The notes under the pieces: generated by a model
The model's database searches: none
What the model saw: only the letters and a program-made list of their open reading frames with translations
What the model was told of the DNA's origin: nothing
Shown here: piece by piece, positions 38,273 to 48,166 of the stretch
Layout of the letters: every line of letters begins with the position of its first letter
Position numbering within the stretch: position 1 is the first letter of the stretch
Program-made: the position numbers and the translations under genes
DNA from: Planctomycetota bacterium
GTDB lineage: Bacteria; Planctomycetota; GCA-002687715; CAIWVZ01
Assembly (NCBI GenBank): GCA_044222185.1
Contig: JBGANV010000001.1
Coordinates: 1,920,001-1,984,000, forward strand
Direction of reading: 5' to 3'
Length of the DNA: 64,000 bases

Positions 38273-41088
38273 ACGAACGTGCAGTGACGACGCGTGCGAC
38301 GACACCCCCGATCTCCCGCATCGTGTGGGCGTGGGCGTTGGTTCTCCTCGCCATCTACGTGGCGATCAGTTTCACCACCTACGTCCCGCCCGGGCTGGGG
38401 AACGGTGAACCGCTGACGAACGTCGGAGGCCGGCTCGGTCAGCGACTGGGCCAGGCGCTCGTCGAAGGCTTCGGGGTCGGAGCGTTCGGGCTCCCCTTCT
38501 TCCTCGTGTTCCTCGGTTGGCGGCTGCGCACGCGCCCCCGCGTGACCGAGCCACTGCTCAAAGTGCTCGGCGTGTTCATGCTCATGCTCGCGTTCGGGCT
38601 CGTCATGACGCTCGCAGCGCCGGGCCGCGTCTTCCCGCGGGGTTACGTCCCGATCGGCGGGATTCTCGGCGACTGGCTCGGGACGAAACTGGTGCTGCAC
38701 TTCGGGAGGTGGTGGAGCGTGGCGATCGCCGGGCTCGGTGCCGGCGCGGCGCTGATCCTCTCGACCGACAGTTTCTTCCTCGAAGGCCTTGCGAGATGGT
38801 TGTCGCGCCACCCCACGCCGAAGACGGCGGAGGCCAAGGTCGCGGCCCGCAAACGGGCAGCGCGCGAGTTGGAGCGGACCGTGTCGCCGCTCGCGACGGA
38901 TGAAGAACCGGTCGAAGACGAGACCCCGATCGAAGCTCGCGACGCGGCAATGGCGGAAGGCGCAGCCGATGGCGCCTCATCGACGGAAGATGGGGCTGCA
39001 CCGCCGATCGAGGCCGCGCGGCCTCCGCGAGCCTCGCGCTCGAAGAAGGCCCCCGAGCGCCGGCTGCTCGAGACGCTGGCGAAGACCGAGTCGGCGGAGT
39101 CGGACACCTTCGACGTACCCAAGCCCAAGATCAAGGACGGGGTGGCGCCTGCAGTCGCCGCTGCGGCCGCCGCGCCGACGTTGTCGGAGGCCAGACCCAA
39201 GGCCGAGCAACGTGCCGAGGACGACGCCCCCGCCGGTGACGACGACGCGCCGGCGCCACGCGTACGACGGCCTCGCGCCTCGTCGCGCAAGAAGCCGGCC
39301 GATGCGCCCGTACCCGACCTCGGGCTCGACCTCGACGACGGCGACGATCACGAGGTCGATGCGCTCGACGGGTTCGACGACGTCGAAGCCGAGGGTGATG
39401 ACGAAGACGACGCCGAGGCCCCGGCCGCCGCGCCGGCCGCGCGCGCCAAGCCGCCAGTGCCGCCAAGCCAGGTGCGGATCCGCGACGGCGTCCCCGCGGG
39501 CAAACCGGGCGACGCCACGGGCGTGACGGTGATCAACCTCTCCCGCGACCCCAAGCTCAAGGGCAAGGAGAAGTACGAGCTGCCGCCGTTGACGCTGCTC
39601 AACGCCGCCGTCTACTCGGGAGAACGCGAGAGCGACGAGGCGCTCCAGGAGAAGGCCCGCCAGCTGGTCCAGGCGCTTCAGGACTTCGGTGTCCAGGCGA
39701 CGGTCGAGGAGATCGAGCGCGGTCCCGTCATCACGCGGTTCGACCTGAATCTCGCGCGCGGCACGAAGATCTCCCGGGTCACCGGGTTGGCCGAGGACCT
39801 CGGCATGACCCTCGGCGTGGGGCGAGTCCGCATCGCACAGGTGAAGGGGAAGGCCGCACTCGGAGTGGAGATCCCGAACCGTTCGCGCGAGACGGTGTTC
39901 CTGAAGGAACTGGCGCTCGCTGCCGCCACGGCCGCACCGAACAAGAAGATCGCGATCCCGCTGTTCCTCGGAAAGGACAGCGCCGGCAACCCGATCATCG
40001 AAGACCTGGCGTCGACGCCGCACCTCCTGATCGCCGGCCGCACCGGCGCGGGCAAGTCGGTGTTCGTCAACTCCCTCGTCCTGTCGATCCTGCTCACCCG
40101 CTACCCGGAAGAGGTGCGGCTGATCATGATCGATCCCAAGCGCGTCGAGCTCGAGGTCTACCAGGACATCCCACACCTCCTCACGCGCGTCGAAAGCGAC
40201 CCCAAGAAGTCGTCCCTGATCCTCCAATGGGCGATCCAGCAGATGGAGGAGCGATACGAGCTCCTCTCGGCCGTCGGCGTGCGCCACATCACGAGCTTCA
40301 ACAAGCTCGGCAAGGAAGCGCGCAAGGAGATGCTGAGCAAGCTCTACTCGGAGGGCGAGATCGAGAAGGTCCCGGAGACCATGCCCTACATCGTCATCAT
40401 CGTCGACGAGCTCGCCGACCTCATGATGACGTCCGGCAAGGAAACCGAGCAGGCGATCGCGCGTCTCGCCCAGAAGGCGCGAGCCGTCGGCATCCACGTC
40501 GTCCTCGCGACCCAGCGTCCGAGCACCGACGTCATCACGGGCCTCATCAAGAGCAACCTGCCGTCGCGCATCGCGTTCCAGACCCGCACGGGGATCGACT
40601 CGCGCACGATCCTCGACCGGCAGGGCGCCGAGAAGCTTCTCGACAAGGGCGACATGCTCTTCCTCGCGGCTTCCGCAGGTGACGATCTGCGCCGCATCCA
40701 GGGTCCCTTCGTCTCGGACGAGGAAGTGACGCGAGTCGTCGACTACCTGAAGACGAGTGCGCTGCCGCAGTACACGCACTCCCTCATCCAGGTCGGCGCG
40801 GGCGAGATGAAGGAGAGCGACGCGGGCGAGCAGGACGAGCTGTTCGAACAAGCCGTCGAGATCGTCCTCCAGAGCAAGCAGGCCAGCACGTCGTGGCTGC
40901 AACGTCAGTTGAGCGTTGGTTACGCGCGCGCCGGACGCCTCGTCGACCTGATGACGCAGGCCGGATACATCTCGGGTCCGAACGGCAGCAAGCCGCGCGA
41001 GATCCTGATCACGATCGACCAGTGGAATGAACTGAAGGGGAAGACGGCCGCAGCGTCGGCTTCCGAAGGATCGGAAGGTGCGAGGTGA
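38269..41088 (+). CDS. ftsK: DNA translocase FtsK
   Basis: 4TM N-domain, acidic linker, PHLLIAGRTGAGKS, IDPK, IIVDELAD, ATQRPS and GAEKLL motifs; gamma domain STSWLQRQLSVGYARAGR. Confidence 0.95.
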   Translation: MNERAVTTRATTPPISRIVWAWALVLLAIYVAISFTTYVPPGLGNGEPLTNVGGRLGQRLGQALVEGFGVGAFGLPFFLVFLGWRLRTRPRVTEPLLKVLGVFMLMLAFGLVMTLAAPGRVFPRGYVPIGGILGDWLGTKLVLHFGRWWSVAIAGLGAGAALILSTDSFFLEGLARWLSRHPTPKTAEAKVAARKRAARELERTVSPLATDEEPVEDETPIEARDAAMAEGAADGASSTEDGAAPPIEAARPPRASRSKKAPERRLLETLAKTESAESDTFDVPKPKIKDGVAPAVAAAAAAPTLSEARPKAEQRAEDDAPAGDDDAPAPRVRRPRASSRKKPADAPVPDLGLDLDDGDDHEVDALDGFDDVEAEGDDEDDAEAPAAAPAARAKPPVPPSQVRIRDGVPAGKPGDATGVTVINLSRDPKLKGKEKYELPPLTLLNAAVYSGERESDEALQEKARQLVQALQDFGVQATVEEIERGPVITRFDLNLARGTKISRVTGLAEDLGMTLGVGRVRIAQVKGKAALGVEIPNRSRETVFLKELALAAATAAPNKKIAIPLFLGKDSAGNPIIEDLASTPHLLIAGRTGAGKSVFVNSLVLSILLTRYPEEVRLIMIDPKRVELEVYQDIPHLLTRVESDPKKSSLILQWAIQQMEERYELLSAVGVRHITSFNKLGKEARKEMLSKLYSEGEIEKVPETMPYIVIIVDELADLMMTSGKETEQAIARLAQKARAVGIHVVLATQRPSTDVITGLIKSNLPSRIAFQTRTGIDSRTILDRQGAEKLLDKGDMLFLAASAGDDLRRIQGPFVSDEEVTRVVDYLKTSALPQYTHSLIQVGAGEMKESDAGEQDELFEQAVEIVLQSKQASTSWLQRQLSVGYARAGRLVDLMTQAGYISGPNGSKPREILITIDQWNELKGKTAAASASEGSEGAR

Positions 41089-43403
41089 CGACGATGATCG
41101 AGAACTCCCATCAGAACAGCTACCCGTCCGCGGTCCGCCTCGGCGTGCCGCTCCTCGTCTTCTTCGGAACGGTGTTCCTCATCGTCGCCGCCGTGAAGTT
41201 CCACGTCGTCGGCGCGATCCACAGTGACTTCGTGCTCGCGCGGCCCATGGGGATGCCCGTGACGTGCGCGTTGCTCGGCGTCGCCGCGTTCGTCGCAGCC
41301 CGGTGGTTCTTCGGCAAACCCACACAGGCGCTCTCGAAGAAGCTTCTCGCGACGCTCGTCGTCCTGCTGCCGCTCATGGGCCTCTTCGGCGTGATCGAGG
41401 GCGCGGCCAGCGACGCGGCGAAGCCGCTCGGCGGCACGCTCGGAGGTCTTCTCGCGCGGGCGTTCCTCGGAATGGGGCCGATGCTGGCGGGAGCGGTCTT
41501 CGCGCTCCTCGCGCTCTTCGGCGCGTTTCTCGCGCAGCGGATCCTCGTGCAGGCGCCGACTCTCGCCATCGATCCCTACACCCTTCTGCGCCGGGCGCAG
41601 GTCAAGAGCCCGGCGTCGACGGCTGCAGCGGCGCCGACGCACACCGGTGACGAAGGGATCTCGGAGGTCCGTACGGTTCCCGGCGGCGGCGAGCTGTTCT
41701 CCGAGGCGACGGAACTGGCGGCACCGCCGGAAGATCTCGTCACGGAAGCGGGCGACGTCGCCGTCGCAGAAGCGGACGTCGAATCGGACGCGGGCGAGAT
41801 GGAAGCCGTCGAGCCTTTCCACGTCCCGGACGACGAGCCACCTCCGCCGCCGCGGCGGATCCCGATCCTCGCCGGAGTCGTCGACGAGCCGAGCGACGAT
41901 CTCGTCGAAGAGGATGAAGAGATCGAGCCCCCGGCTCGGCGGCCGACGTCGGCCGACCTGTTCTCGTCCGTGATCGCGCACGAGGCCACGGAGGTTGCCG
42001 CCCAGTCGATCACGCTGGACGACGACGAAGACCTGGAGACGGTCGACGCGCCGGCGGCTTCCACGGAAGAGGAGGCCCACGCGGATGCGTCGGAACCCTT
42101 TCGCGCCGAGATTCCGATTGCACGCGAACTGACCGCAGAGCAAGCCGAGGCCACCAAGCCGATCGAACTCGCCGAGCTCATCGAGGCGGCGTCCGCTCCG
42201 TCGGAGGGCACCGTCGCAGTCCACCAGCCGGACCTCTTCGGAGCAGGCATCTGGTCGACGCCGACCGTGGCCGCCGACCCCCACGACGACGAGCCCCTCG
42301 GAACCGCGGTCGTCGAAACCACCGCGTCCGGCGCCGACGATTCGTCCGTCGCGGTGGCGACGAGCACGGCCGGTGCCGTCCTCGACTCCGCGCCGACGTT
42401 CCAGCCCGGCGCGGCGCACGGCGATCCGGAAGACGCGGTCGAGGAGATCGACGAGACGCCATCCGACGTCTGGTCCGAGTCGGAGCCAGAGCCCGAGTTC
42501 GTCGAGGTCGACCACGACGAGGCGCTCGTCGCAGAGTTGCTCGCCGACGACGAGCCGGCGACCGACGTCGCGGCGAACTCTGCCGTGGAGGACGAGCCGA
42601 CCGAACAGTCCGCCGCCCGCGAGCCCGTGATCACGGCCGGCCACGCCGAGGCGGAGACGACCGTGTCGCCGACGGCTGCCGTCGACGCGCCGGCGCCGGC
42701 CGAAGACCTGTCGCCCGTGATGTCCGAAGGCGTCGCGATCGAGCCGGAGTCGTCGACGGCCGCGGCAGCGTCCTCGGAGGCGTCCGACCCGGGGCCGGAC
42801 ACCGCACCGAAGGCGGCCCGCCGCTCCCAGCCCCGCAAGCGCCGCGCGCACGTCGCCGACGAGGACACGACGCCACTGTTCGCCGAGCCGGAACTGCCCC
42901 CCGAGCCCGTGCAGGATGCGGAGCCGGCGGGGGGTGACGCCGCCCTCGCGCCCCAGCTCGTCGACGGCCCGGCAAGCACCGCGGCAGCTCCACCCCGTAC
43001 GACGCGCAAGCGCCGGACGGAGACGGACGAGTGGGCGCAGTGGGACGAGGGCCGAGCGAAGCCCGCCAAGCGTGCGGCGAAAGCGCCCGCGCCCTCGCCG
43101 ATCGAAACGCCCGCCAGCGCGGCCTCGACGGAGGCCGCCCGCCACCGAGCCGGTGAGCGCCCGCTCTTCGAAGGCGCCGACGACCCCAACCCCGATCTCC
43201 TGCAGCGGGCGATCGCCCTCGTCATCGAGGAGGATCGCTGCTCGGTCTCCATGCTCCAGCGGTCCCTCGGCGTCACGTTCGGCGAAGCCACGTCGCTGAT
43301 CGACCGGATGTTCCAGCAGGGCGTCGTCGGGCCCTACCAACCCACCGGCCGGCGCGAGGTTCTCGCGCGCAAGACGCCGCAGGAACAGACAGCCGAATCC
43401 TGA
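41085..43403 (+). CDS. Motor-less FtsK-like protein: TM domain, long acidic linker, C-terminal FtsK-gamma winged helix
   Basis: GTGA overlap with ftsK; about 4 TM helices; E/D/A/P-rich middle; C-terminal DLLQRAIALV..SVSMLQRSL..LIDRM..GVVGP..RREVL; no Walker A. Confidence 0.8.
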   Translation: MTTMIENSHQNSYPSAVRLGVPLLVFFGTVFLIVAAVKFHVVGAIHSDFVLARPMGMPVTCALLGVAAFVAARWFFGKPTQALSKKLLATLVVLLPLMGLFGVIEGAASDAAKPLGGTLGGLLARAFLGMGPMLAGAVFALLALFGAFLAQRILVQAPTLAIDPYTLLRRAQVKSPASTAAAAPTHTGDEGISEVRTVPGGGELFSEATELAAPPEDLVTEAGDVAVAEADVESDAGEMEAVEPFHVPDDEPPPPPRRIPILAGVVDEPSDDLVEEDEEIEPPARRPTSADLFSSVIAHEATEVAAQSITLDDDEDLETVDAPAASTEEEAHADASEPFRAEIPIARELTAEQAEATKPIELAELIEAASAPSEGTVAVHQPDLFGAGIWSTPTVAADPHDDEPLGTAVVETTASGADDSSVAVATSTAGAVLDSAPTFQPGAAHGDPEDAVEEIDETPSDVWSESEPEPEFVEVDHDEALVAELLADDEPATDVAANSAVEDEPTEQSAAREPVITAGHAEAETTVSPTAAVDAPAPAEDLSPVMSEGVAIEPESSTAAAASSEASDPGPDTAPKAARRSQPRKRRAHVADEDTTPLFAEPELPPEPVQDAEPAGGDAALAPQLVDGPASTAAAPPRTTRKRRTETDEWAQWDEGRAKPAKRAAKAPAPSPIETPASAASTEAARHRAGERPLFEGADDPNPDLLQRAIALVIEEDRCSVSMLQRSLGVTFGEATSLIDRMFQQGVVGPYQPTGRREVLARKTPQEQTAES

Positions 43404-43485
43404 ACGCGGACGCTCGTCCGGTCCGACACGGGCGCAGGTCGATGATCTGCGCCCGCCGCCGTTTCGCGGGTCGCGGGCCCCGGTT

Positions 43486-44919
43486 ATGTTCCCGCTTCAA
43501 CTCTGCGAAGCCCTCGCGAGCTCAGCCGAACCAAACGTGACCCCGCGCCGCATCGTCTCCCTCGTCTCGCTCGGATGCCCGAAGAACCTCGTGGACAGCG
43601 AGGGTCTGGTCTCGGCGCTCCTGTCGAACGACTTCCGCCTGGTGACGGATCCGAAGGACTCGGAGGTCGTCATCGTGAACACCTGCGGCTTCCTCGACGC
43701 CTCGCGTCAGGAGTCTCTGGCGCAGATTCGCGACGTGTGCCAGCTGAAGAAGACCAACCAGGTGCGCGGCGTCCTCGTCGCCGGGTGCATGGTGGGCAAC
43801 TACCGGGAGCTGCTCGCGACGGAGGCGCCGGACGTCGACGGACTCGTCGGGTTCGGAGACTATCCGCGCATCGCCCAGATCGTGGAAGGCCTGCTGCCGC
43901 GTTCGGAGGCACCCACGTTCACGATCGAGCGCCGACGCGTCGAGGCGTCTCTCACGCCGAGGCACTACGCCTACCTGAAGATCTCCGAGGGCTGTAATCA
44001 CGTCTGCACCTTCTGCGTGATCCCGAGCATCCGTGGCCCCATGCGATCGCTGCCGATCGAGGACCTCGTGGGCCGCGCGCGGGCCCAGGCGGAGCGAGGG
44101 GTCCGCGAGCTGAACCTCATCGCGCAGGATTCGACGGTCTACGGGGGCGACATCTACGGTGAGGTGCGGCTCGAACGCCTCATTTCCCGGCTCGCGCAGA
44201 TCGACGGAATCGCGTGGATCCGCCTCATGTACGCGTACCCGACGGAAGTGCGGGACGCCCTGATCGACCTCCTCGGGAGCGGAGGGGCGGTCCTCCCCTA
44301 CCTCGACGTGCCCATCCAGCATGCGGCCACCGGCGTCCTCGCCCGCATGAAGCGAGGCTACGATCGTCGCACGCTCGATCGGATGGTCGACAAACTCCGA
44401 GCCAGGGGCGTCGCGATTCGCACGACCGTCATCGTGGGATTCCCGGGCGAGACTGCCGCGGACTTCGAGGAACTCCTGCAATTCCTGCGGGACGCGCGCT
44501 TCGATCGGCTGGGCGCATTCCGTTATTCCCGCGAGGAAGGGAGCGCCGCCGCCGACCTCGACGGCCAGGTGCCCGAGCCGGAGAAAGACGAGCGCTGGAA
44601 CCGTCTGATGGCGCTTCAGCAGGAGATCGCGTTCGCGAACGCCCGAGCCCGGATCGGTACCGTCGAGGACGTCCTGATCGACGTCCCCGCGGCCGATGGA
44701 CGACCGGCACGCGGCCGTACCCGCTGGGACGCCCCCGAGGTCGACGCGTCGGTCTTCGTCGAAGGCGACGGCCTCGCGGCCGGAAACATCGTCCCCGTGC
44801 ACGTGGCCGAAGCGCGGGGCTATGATCTCGCCGGACGCGCCAACCCCACCTCCGCGCTTCGAGGAGGCGATGCAGGTGGAACGAGCGAACGGATCCGCCG
44901 CGCACGACCAGGAAGCTGA
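43486..44919 (+). CDS. rimO: Ribosomal protein S12 methylthiotransferase (start may be GTG 43537)
   Basis: SLGCPKNLVDSE, NTCGF, KISEGCNHVCTFC radical-SAM motif, DAPEVD TRAM domain. Confidence 0.95.
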   Translation: MFPLQLCEALASSAEPNVTPRRIVSLVSLGCPKNLVDSEGLVSALLSNDFRLVTDPKDSEVVIVNTCGFLDASRQESLAQIRDVCQLKKTNQVRGVLVAGCMVGNYRELLATEAPDVDGLVGFGDYPRIAQIVEGLLPRSEAPTFTIERRRVEASLTPRHYAYLKISEGCNHVCTFCVIPSIRGPMRSLPIEDLVGRARAQAERGVRELNLIAQDSTVYGGDIYGEVRLERLISRLAQIDGIAWIRLMYAYPTEVRDALIDLLGSGGAVLPYLDVPIQHAATGVLARMKRGYDRRTLDRMVDKLRARGVAIRTTVIVGFPGETAADFEELLQFLRDARFDRLGAFRYSREEGSAAADLDGQVPEPEKDERWNRLMALQQEIAFANARARIGTVEDVLIDVPAADGRPARGRTRWDAPEVDASVFVEGDGLAAGNIVPVHVAEARGYDLAGRANPTSALRGGDAGGTSERIRRARPGS

Positions 44920-45516
44920 TTGAACACGAACTGGTTCAACCTCCCCAACCGCATCACGCTCGCAAGGCTCCTTGCAAGCATCGTGCTCTTCGCGATCCTC
45001 GTTCAGCTCAACCGCCGCGGCACTGCGTCCTCGAGCCTGGCGCTCTGGGCCCTCATCCTCTTCATCCTCGTCGCCGCCACGGACTGGCTCGACGGGTATC
45101 TCGCACGAAGCCTGGGCCAGGTGACCGCTCTCGGCCGAATCCTCGACCCGTTCGTCGACAAGGTCACCGTCTGCGGGTCGTTCATCCTTCTGGGCGACGT
45201 CGCGCCGATCGATCACCTGCTCCAAGCGTGGATGATCGTCGTGATCGTCGGGCGGGAGTTCTTCGTGAACGACATCCGCGGATACATGGAATCGCGCGGG
45301 GTCTCGTTCGGTGCGGCGGCTCCGGGCAAGATCAAGATGCTCGTCCAATGCATCACCGTGGGCTTCCTCATCGGCCGCGTGGCGTTCGGGAACCTGCTCG
45401 GGATCCTGGACCAGGTGAACATCGGCCTCTTGTGGGCGACGCTCTTCGCGACCGTCGCGTCCGGCGTCTATTACCTCGGCAAGGGTGCAGCACTCCTGCG
45501 CGCGGCCGAGTCCTGA
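44920..45516 (+). CDS. pgsA: CDP-diacylglycerol-glycerol-3-phosphate 3-phosphatidyltransferase
   Basis: NLPNRITLAR and DWLDGYLAR...GRILDPFVDK CDP-alcohol phosphotransferase motif. Confidence 0.93.
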   Translation: MNTNWFNLPNRITLARLLASIVLFAILVQLNRRGTASSSLALWALILFILVAATDWLDGYLARSLGQVTALGRILDPFVDKVTVCGSFILLGDVAPIDHLLQAWMIVVIVGREFFVNDIRGYMESRGVSFGAAAPGKIKMLVQCITVGFLIGRVAFGNLLGILDQVNIGLLWATLFATVASGVYYLGKGAALLRAAES

Positions 45517-45523
45517 GCCGCTG

Positions 45524-45979
45524 GTGATCGCCCGCGCGCTCGCGACGTTCGGCGGTGTCGGACGCTTCCCCAGGGCGCCGGGAACGGCGGCGAGCGTCGT
45601 CGCGGCCGCCGTCCTCCTCGTCCCAGTGAGCCCGGGCGTCTACCCGTGGGCGGTCGGAATCGCCGCCGTCGTCTCCTTCGTTGCCTGCGTGATCGTCGCC
45701 CGCGTTCTCTTCCGCGGCGCCGTCCGGGAGGAGGACCCGGGGTGGTTCGTCCTGGACGAAGCCTGCGGCGTGTGGATCGCCGCGTGGCGGCCCGCCGGGA
45801 TCAGCCCCTGGTCCCTCCTCCTCGCGACGGCCCTGTTCCGCCTCTTCGACATCTGGAAACCGTTCCCGATCCGCCAGCTCCAAGACCTGCCGTACGGGTT
45901 GGGGATCGTCGTCGACGACGCCGTCGCCGGCCTTTTTGCCCTGGGGATCAGCCTTTGCGTCGAGCGATGGCTCGTCTAA
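45524..45979 (+). CDS. pgpA: Phosphatidylglycerophosphatase A
   Basis: APGT, DPGWFVLDE, FRLFDIWKPFPI and GIVVDDAVAG motifs. Confidence 0.92.
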   Translation: MIARALATFGGVGRFPRAPGTAASVVAAAVLLVPVSPGVYPWAVGIAAVVSFVACVIVARVLFRGAVREEDPGWFVLDEACGVWIAAWRPAGISPWSLLLATALFRLFDIWKPFPIRQLQDLPYGLGIVVDDAVAGLFALGISLCVERWLV

Positions 45980-46072
45980 AACGGGCCACTCGCCGGTGAG
46001 GAGGGTCACGGACCGACCCGCCGTCGGCGCGCAACAGGGCCGGCACGACGCCCGCTCGCCTCGACGATCGAC

Positions 46073-47803
46073 ATGGCGGATCCGCGAAAGACAGGCCCGT
46101 TGGGCACCGCTCTCGAGCGCGAAATGTCCGACATTCGCGTTCGGCGGAAGGTCCAGTTCGGCCTGGCCCCGAAGTTCACGCTTCCCGTGGTCAGCGTGAT
46201 CACCCTGGTGGTGATCCTGTTCGGAGTGGTCGTTTACGGCCACATGGCGAGGGCCCTCGACGACGAGCTGGACCGGACGGGCACGTTCGCCGCCGCACTC
46301 GCCGCGTCGCCCGAGCTCGACTCGTGGGAGGGGAACTACAACACGGTCGCGAACCTCCGTCGCCGTCTCGCGACGATCGAATCGGACCTTCAACTCGCGA
46401 GCGGGAACCTCACGGTCGACCCCAAGACGACTTCCTCCGACGCCGAGAAGGACATCCTGAAGAAGCTCCAGGAGTTCGACGACCAGCAGCGTCGGTTCAA
46501 CCAGGATCGCCTGAACAGCCTGCGCGAGACACAAGGTGCGCTCGACGTCCTCATCACCGGGCAAGGGTCCACGCTGATCGCCAGCGCCTCCGGAATCAGC
46601 GAAGCCCGGTTCCAGCCGACGACGACCCGCACGGAAGCCGGAACGAGGGTCGAGTCGGGCCGTTTCACGCGAGCGAAGGAAGACCCGATCCGCGCCCGCG
46701 CGTTCTCCCACCCGATCCTGAACCTGCGGCGCCAGCGAGTTGGGACGGCCACGGTGATCTTCTCCGAGGAGTCGCTCGCGGCACAGCTCGACGAGCTCCG
46801 CCGATCGATCCTGCTGTTCTGCGGCGTCGCCATATTCGGCTGCGCCGCAGTGGCGTTCCTCACGAGCCGCATCATCACGCGGCCCCTGACGTTCCTCGTC
46901 AAGGACATCGAAGAGGTCGCCTCTGGGAACCTCCAGCACAAGACGCTGATTCGCAGCAGCGACGAACTCGGAGTCCTCGCGTCCAGCTTCGACGGGATGA
47001 CGCGCAATCTGGCTGCAGCCGAGCGGATGCGGCAGGATTTGCGACAGAAGGACCACGAGGTCCGCGTCGCCCACGAGATCCAGGAGCGACTGTTCCGCGC
47101 CGAGCTCCCGAGCCCGAAGGGACTGCGCCTCGATGCTCGAAACCTTCTGGCGGGGGAACTCTCGGCCGACTTGTTCGACGCCGTCGAGTTGGAGGACGGC
47201 CGCGTCGCCGCGCTCGTGATGACGGCATCGGGCCGGGGAATCCCCGGAGCCATCGTGCTGTCCATGGCTCGATCGCTCGGACACGCGATCTTCCAGCAGA
47301 CGTCCGACCCGGCCCAGTTCCTCATGCGCCTGAATGCACTGCTTACCCCGGATCTGAAGCGAGGGCTGTTCGTGTCGGCGATGGTCGCCGTCATCCACCC
47401 CCAGTCCGGCAAGGTGACGCTCGCGTCCGCAGGTCACCGCGTGCCCGCGCTCCACTTCGTCTCGCAGAAGTCCGGCCTCGCACGCATCCAACCGGACGGC
47501 ATAGCGCTCGGTCTCGACCGCGGTCCCGTCTTCGATCGCTCCCTCGTTTGCGCGTCGCTCACGCTGGCGCCCCACGATGCATTGATCCTCGCCACCGACG
47601 GAGTCTGCGCCATCAAGGCGGACGACGGCTCGGAGATCGGCGAGACCGGCTTCATGAAGGCCGCGCTCGCGGCCGCCCGCGCCGGAACGGAAGATCTTCC
47701 ATCGCGGATCGTCGACACCCTCGTCGATCGCAGTGGCGGTCAGCCGCGCGAGCAGGACATCGCCGTGATCTGTGCCGTCCACGAATCGCAAGACACGCCA
47801 TGA
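46073..47803 (+). CDS. Membrane sensor with HAMP and SpoIIE/PP2C domain, degenerate active site
   Basis: 2 TM helices, HAMP (SDELGVLASSFDGM), SAGH and TDG motifs; motif 2 reads MTASG and motif 11 reads QD. Confidence 0.8.
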   Translation: MADPRKTGPLGTALEREMSDIRVRRKVQFGLAPKFTLPVVSVITLVVILFGVVVYGHMARALDDELDRTGTFAAALAASPELDSWEGNYNTVANLRRRLATIESDLQLASGNLTVDPKTTSSDAEKDILKKLQEFDDQQRRFNQDRLNSLRETQGALDVLITGQGSTLIASASGISEARFQPTTTRTEAGTRVESGRFTRAKEDPIRARAFSHPILNLRRQRVGTATVIFSEESLAAQLDELRRSILLFCGVAIFGCAAVAFLTSRIITRPLTFLVKDIEEVASGNLQHKTLIRSSDELGVLASSFDGMTRNLAAAERMRQDLRQKDHEVRVAHEIQERLFRAELPSPKGLRLDARNLLAGELSADLFDAVELEDGRVAALVMTASGRGIPGAIVLSMARSLGHAIFQQTSDPAQFLMRLNALLTPDLKRGLFVSAMVAVIHPQSGKVTLASAGHRVPALHFVSQKSGLARIQPDGIALGLDRGPVFDRSLVCASLTLAPHDALILATDGVCAIKADDGSEIGETGFMKAALAAARAGTEDLPSRIVDTLVDRSGGQPREQDIAVICAVHESQDTP

Positions 47804-48132
47804 CCCACACGGACCGCGACTTCTCGGTGCGCAAGTTCCAAGACGTCATCGAAGCCACGTTCGGCGAGAAGGACCGCAAGCGCGGTCTCGCCGGAACCTT
47901 CATGTGGTTCACGGAGGAAGTGGGCGAGCTCGCCAGAGCTCTGAAGCGCGGCACGCCGGACCGCGCCAACCTCCTCGAGGAGTTCGGAGACGTCTTCGCC
48001 TGGCTCAGCACCCTCGCATCGATCGCCGGGATCGATCTGGCGGACGCCGCCTCGCGCTACATGCAGGGGTGCCCGCGCTGTCACGCCATCCCGTGCCGGT
48101 GCGGCGAGCACACGAGATTCTCTTCCACGTAG
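47800..48132 (+). CDS. MazG-like nucleotide pyrophosphohydrolase
   Basis: EEVGELA...EEFGDV motif; C-terminal CPRC..PCRC; ATGA overlap. Confidence 0.88.
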   Translation: MTHTDRDFSVRKFQDVIEATFGEKDRKRGLAGTFMWFTEEVGELARALKRGTPDRANLLEEFGDVFAWLSTLASIAGIDLADAASRYMQGCPRCHAIPCRCGEHTRFSST

Positions 48133-48166
48133 GCGTCCCGCCCGGGCGGTATCGTGCCGCGTCGGC

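Noticed and set aside
40920-43340. 806-aa and 571-aa minus-strand ORFs over the FtsK paralogue
   Set aside because: Shadows of the low-complexity acidic linker; the plus-strand ORF has TM and gamma domains and is coupled to ftsK
45368-47791. 807-aa minus-strand ORF
   Set aside because: Antisense to pgsA, pgpA and the SpoIIE gene; no domain features
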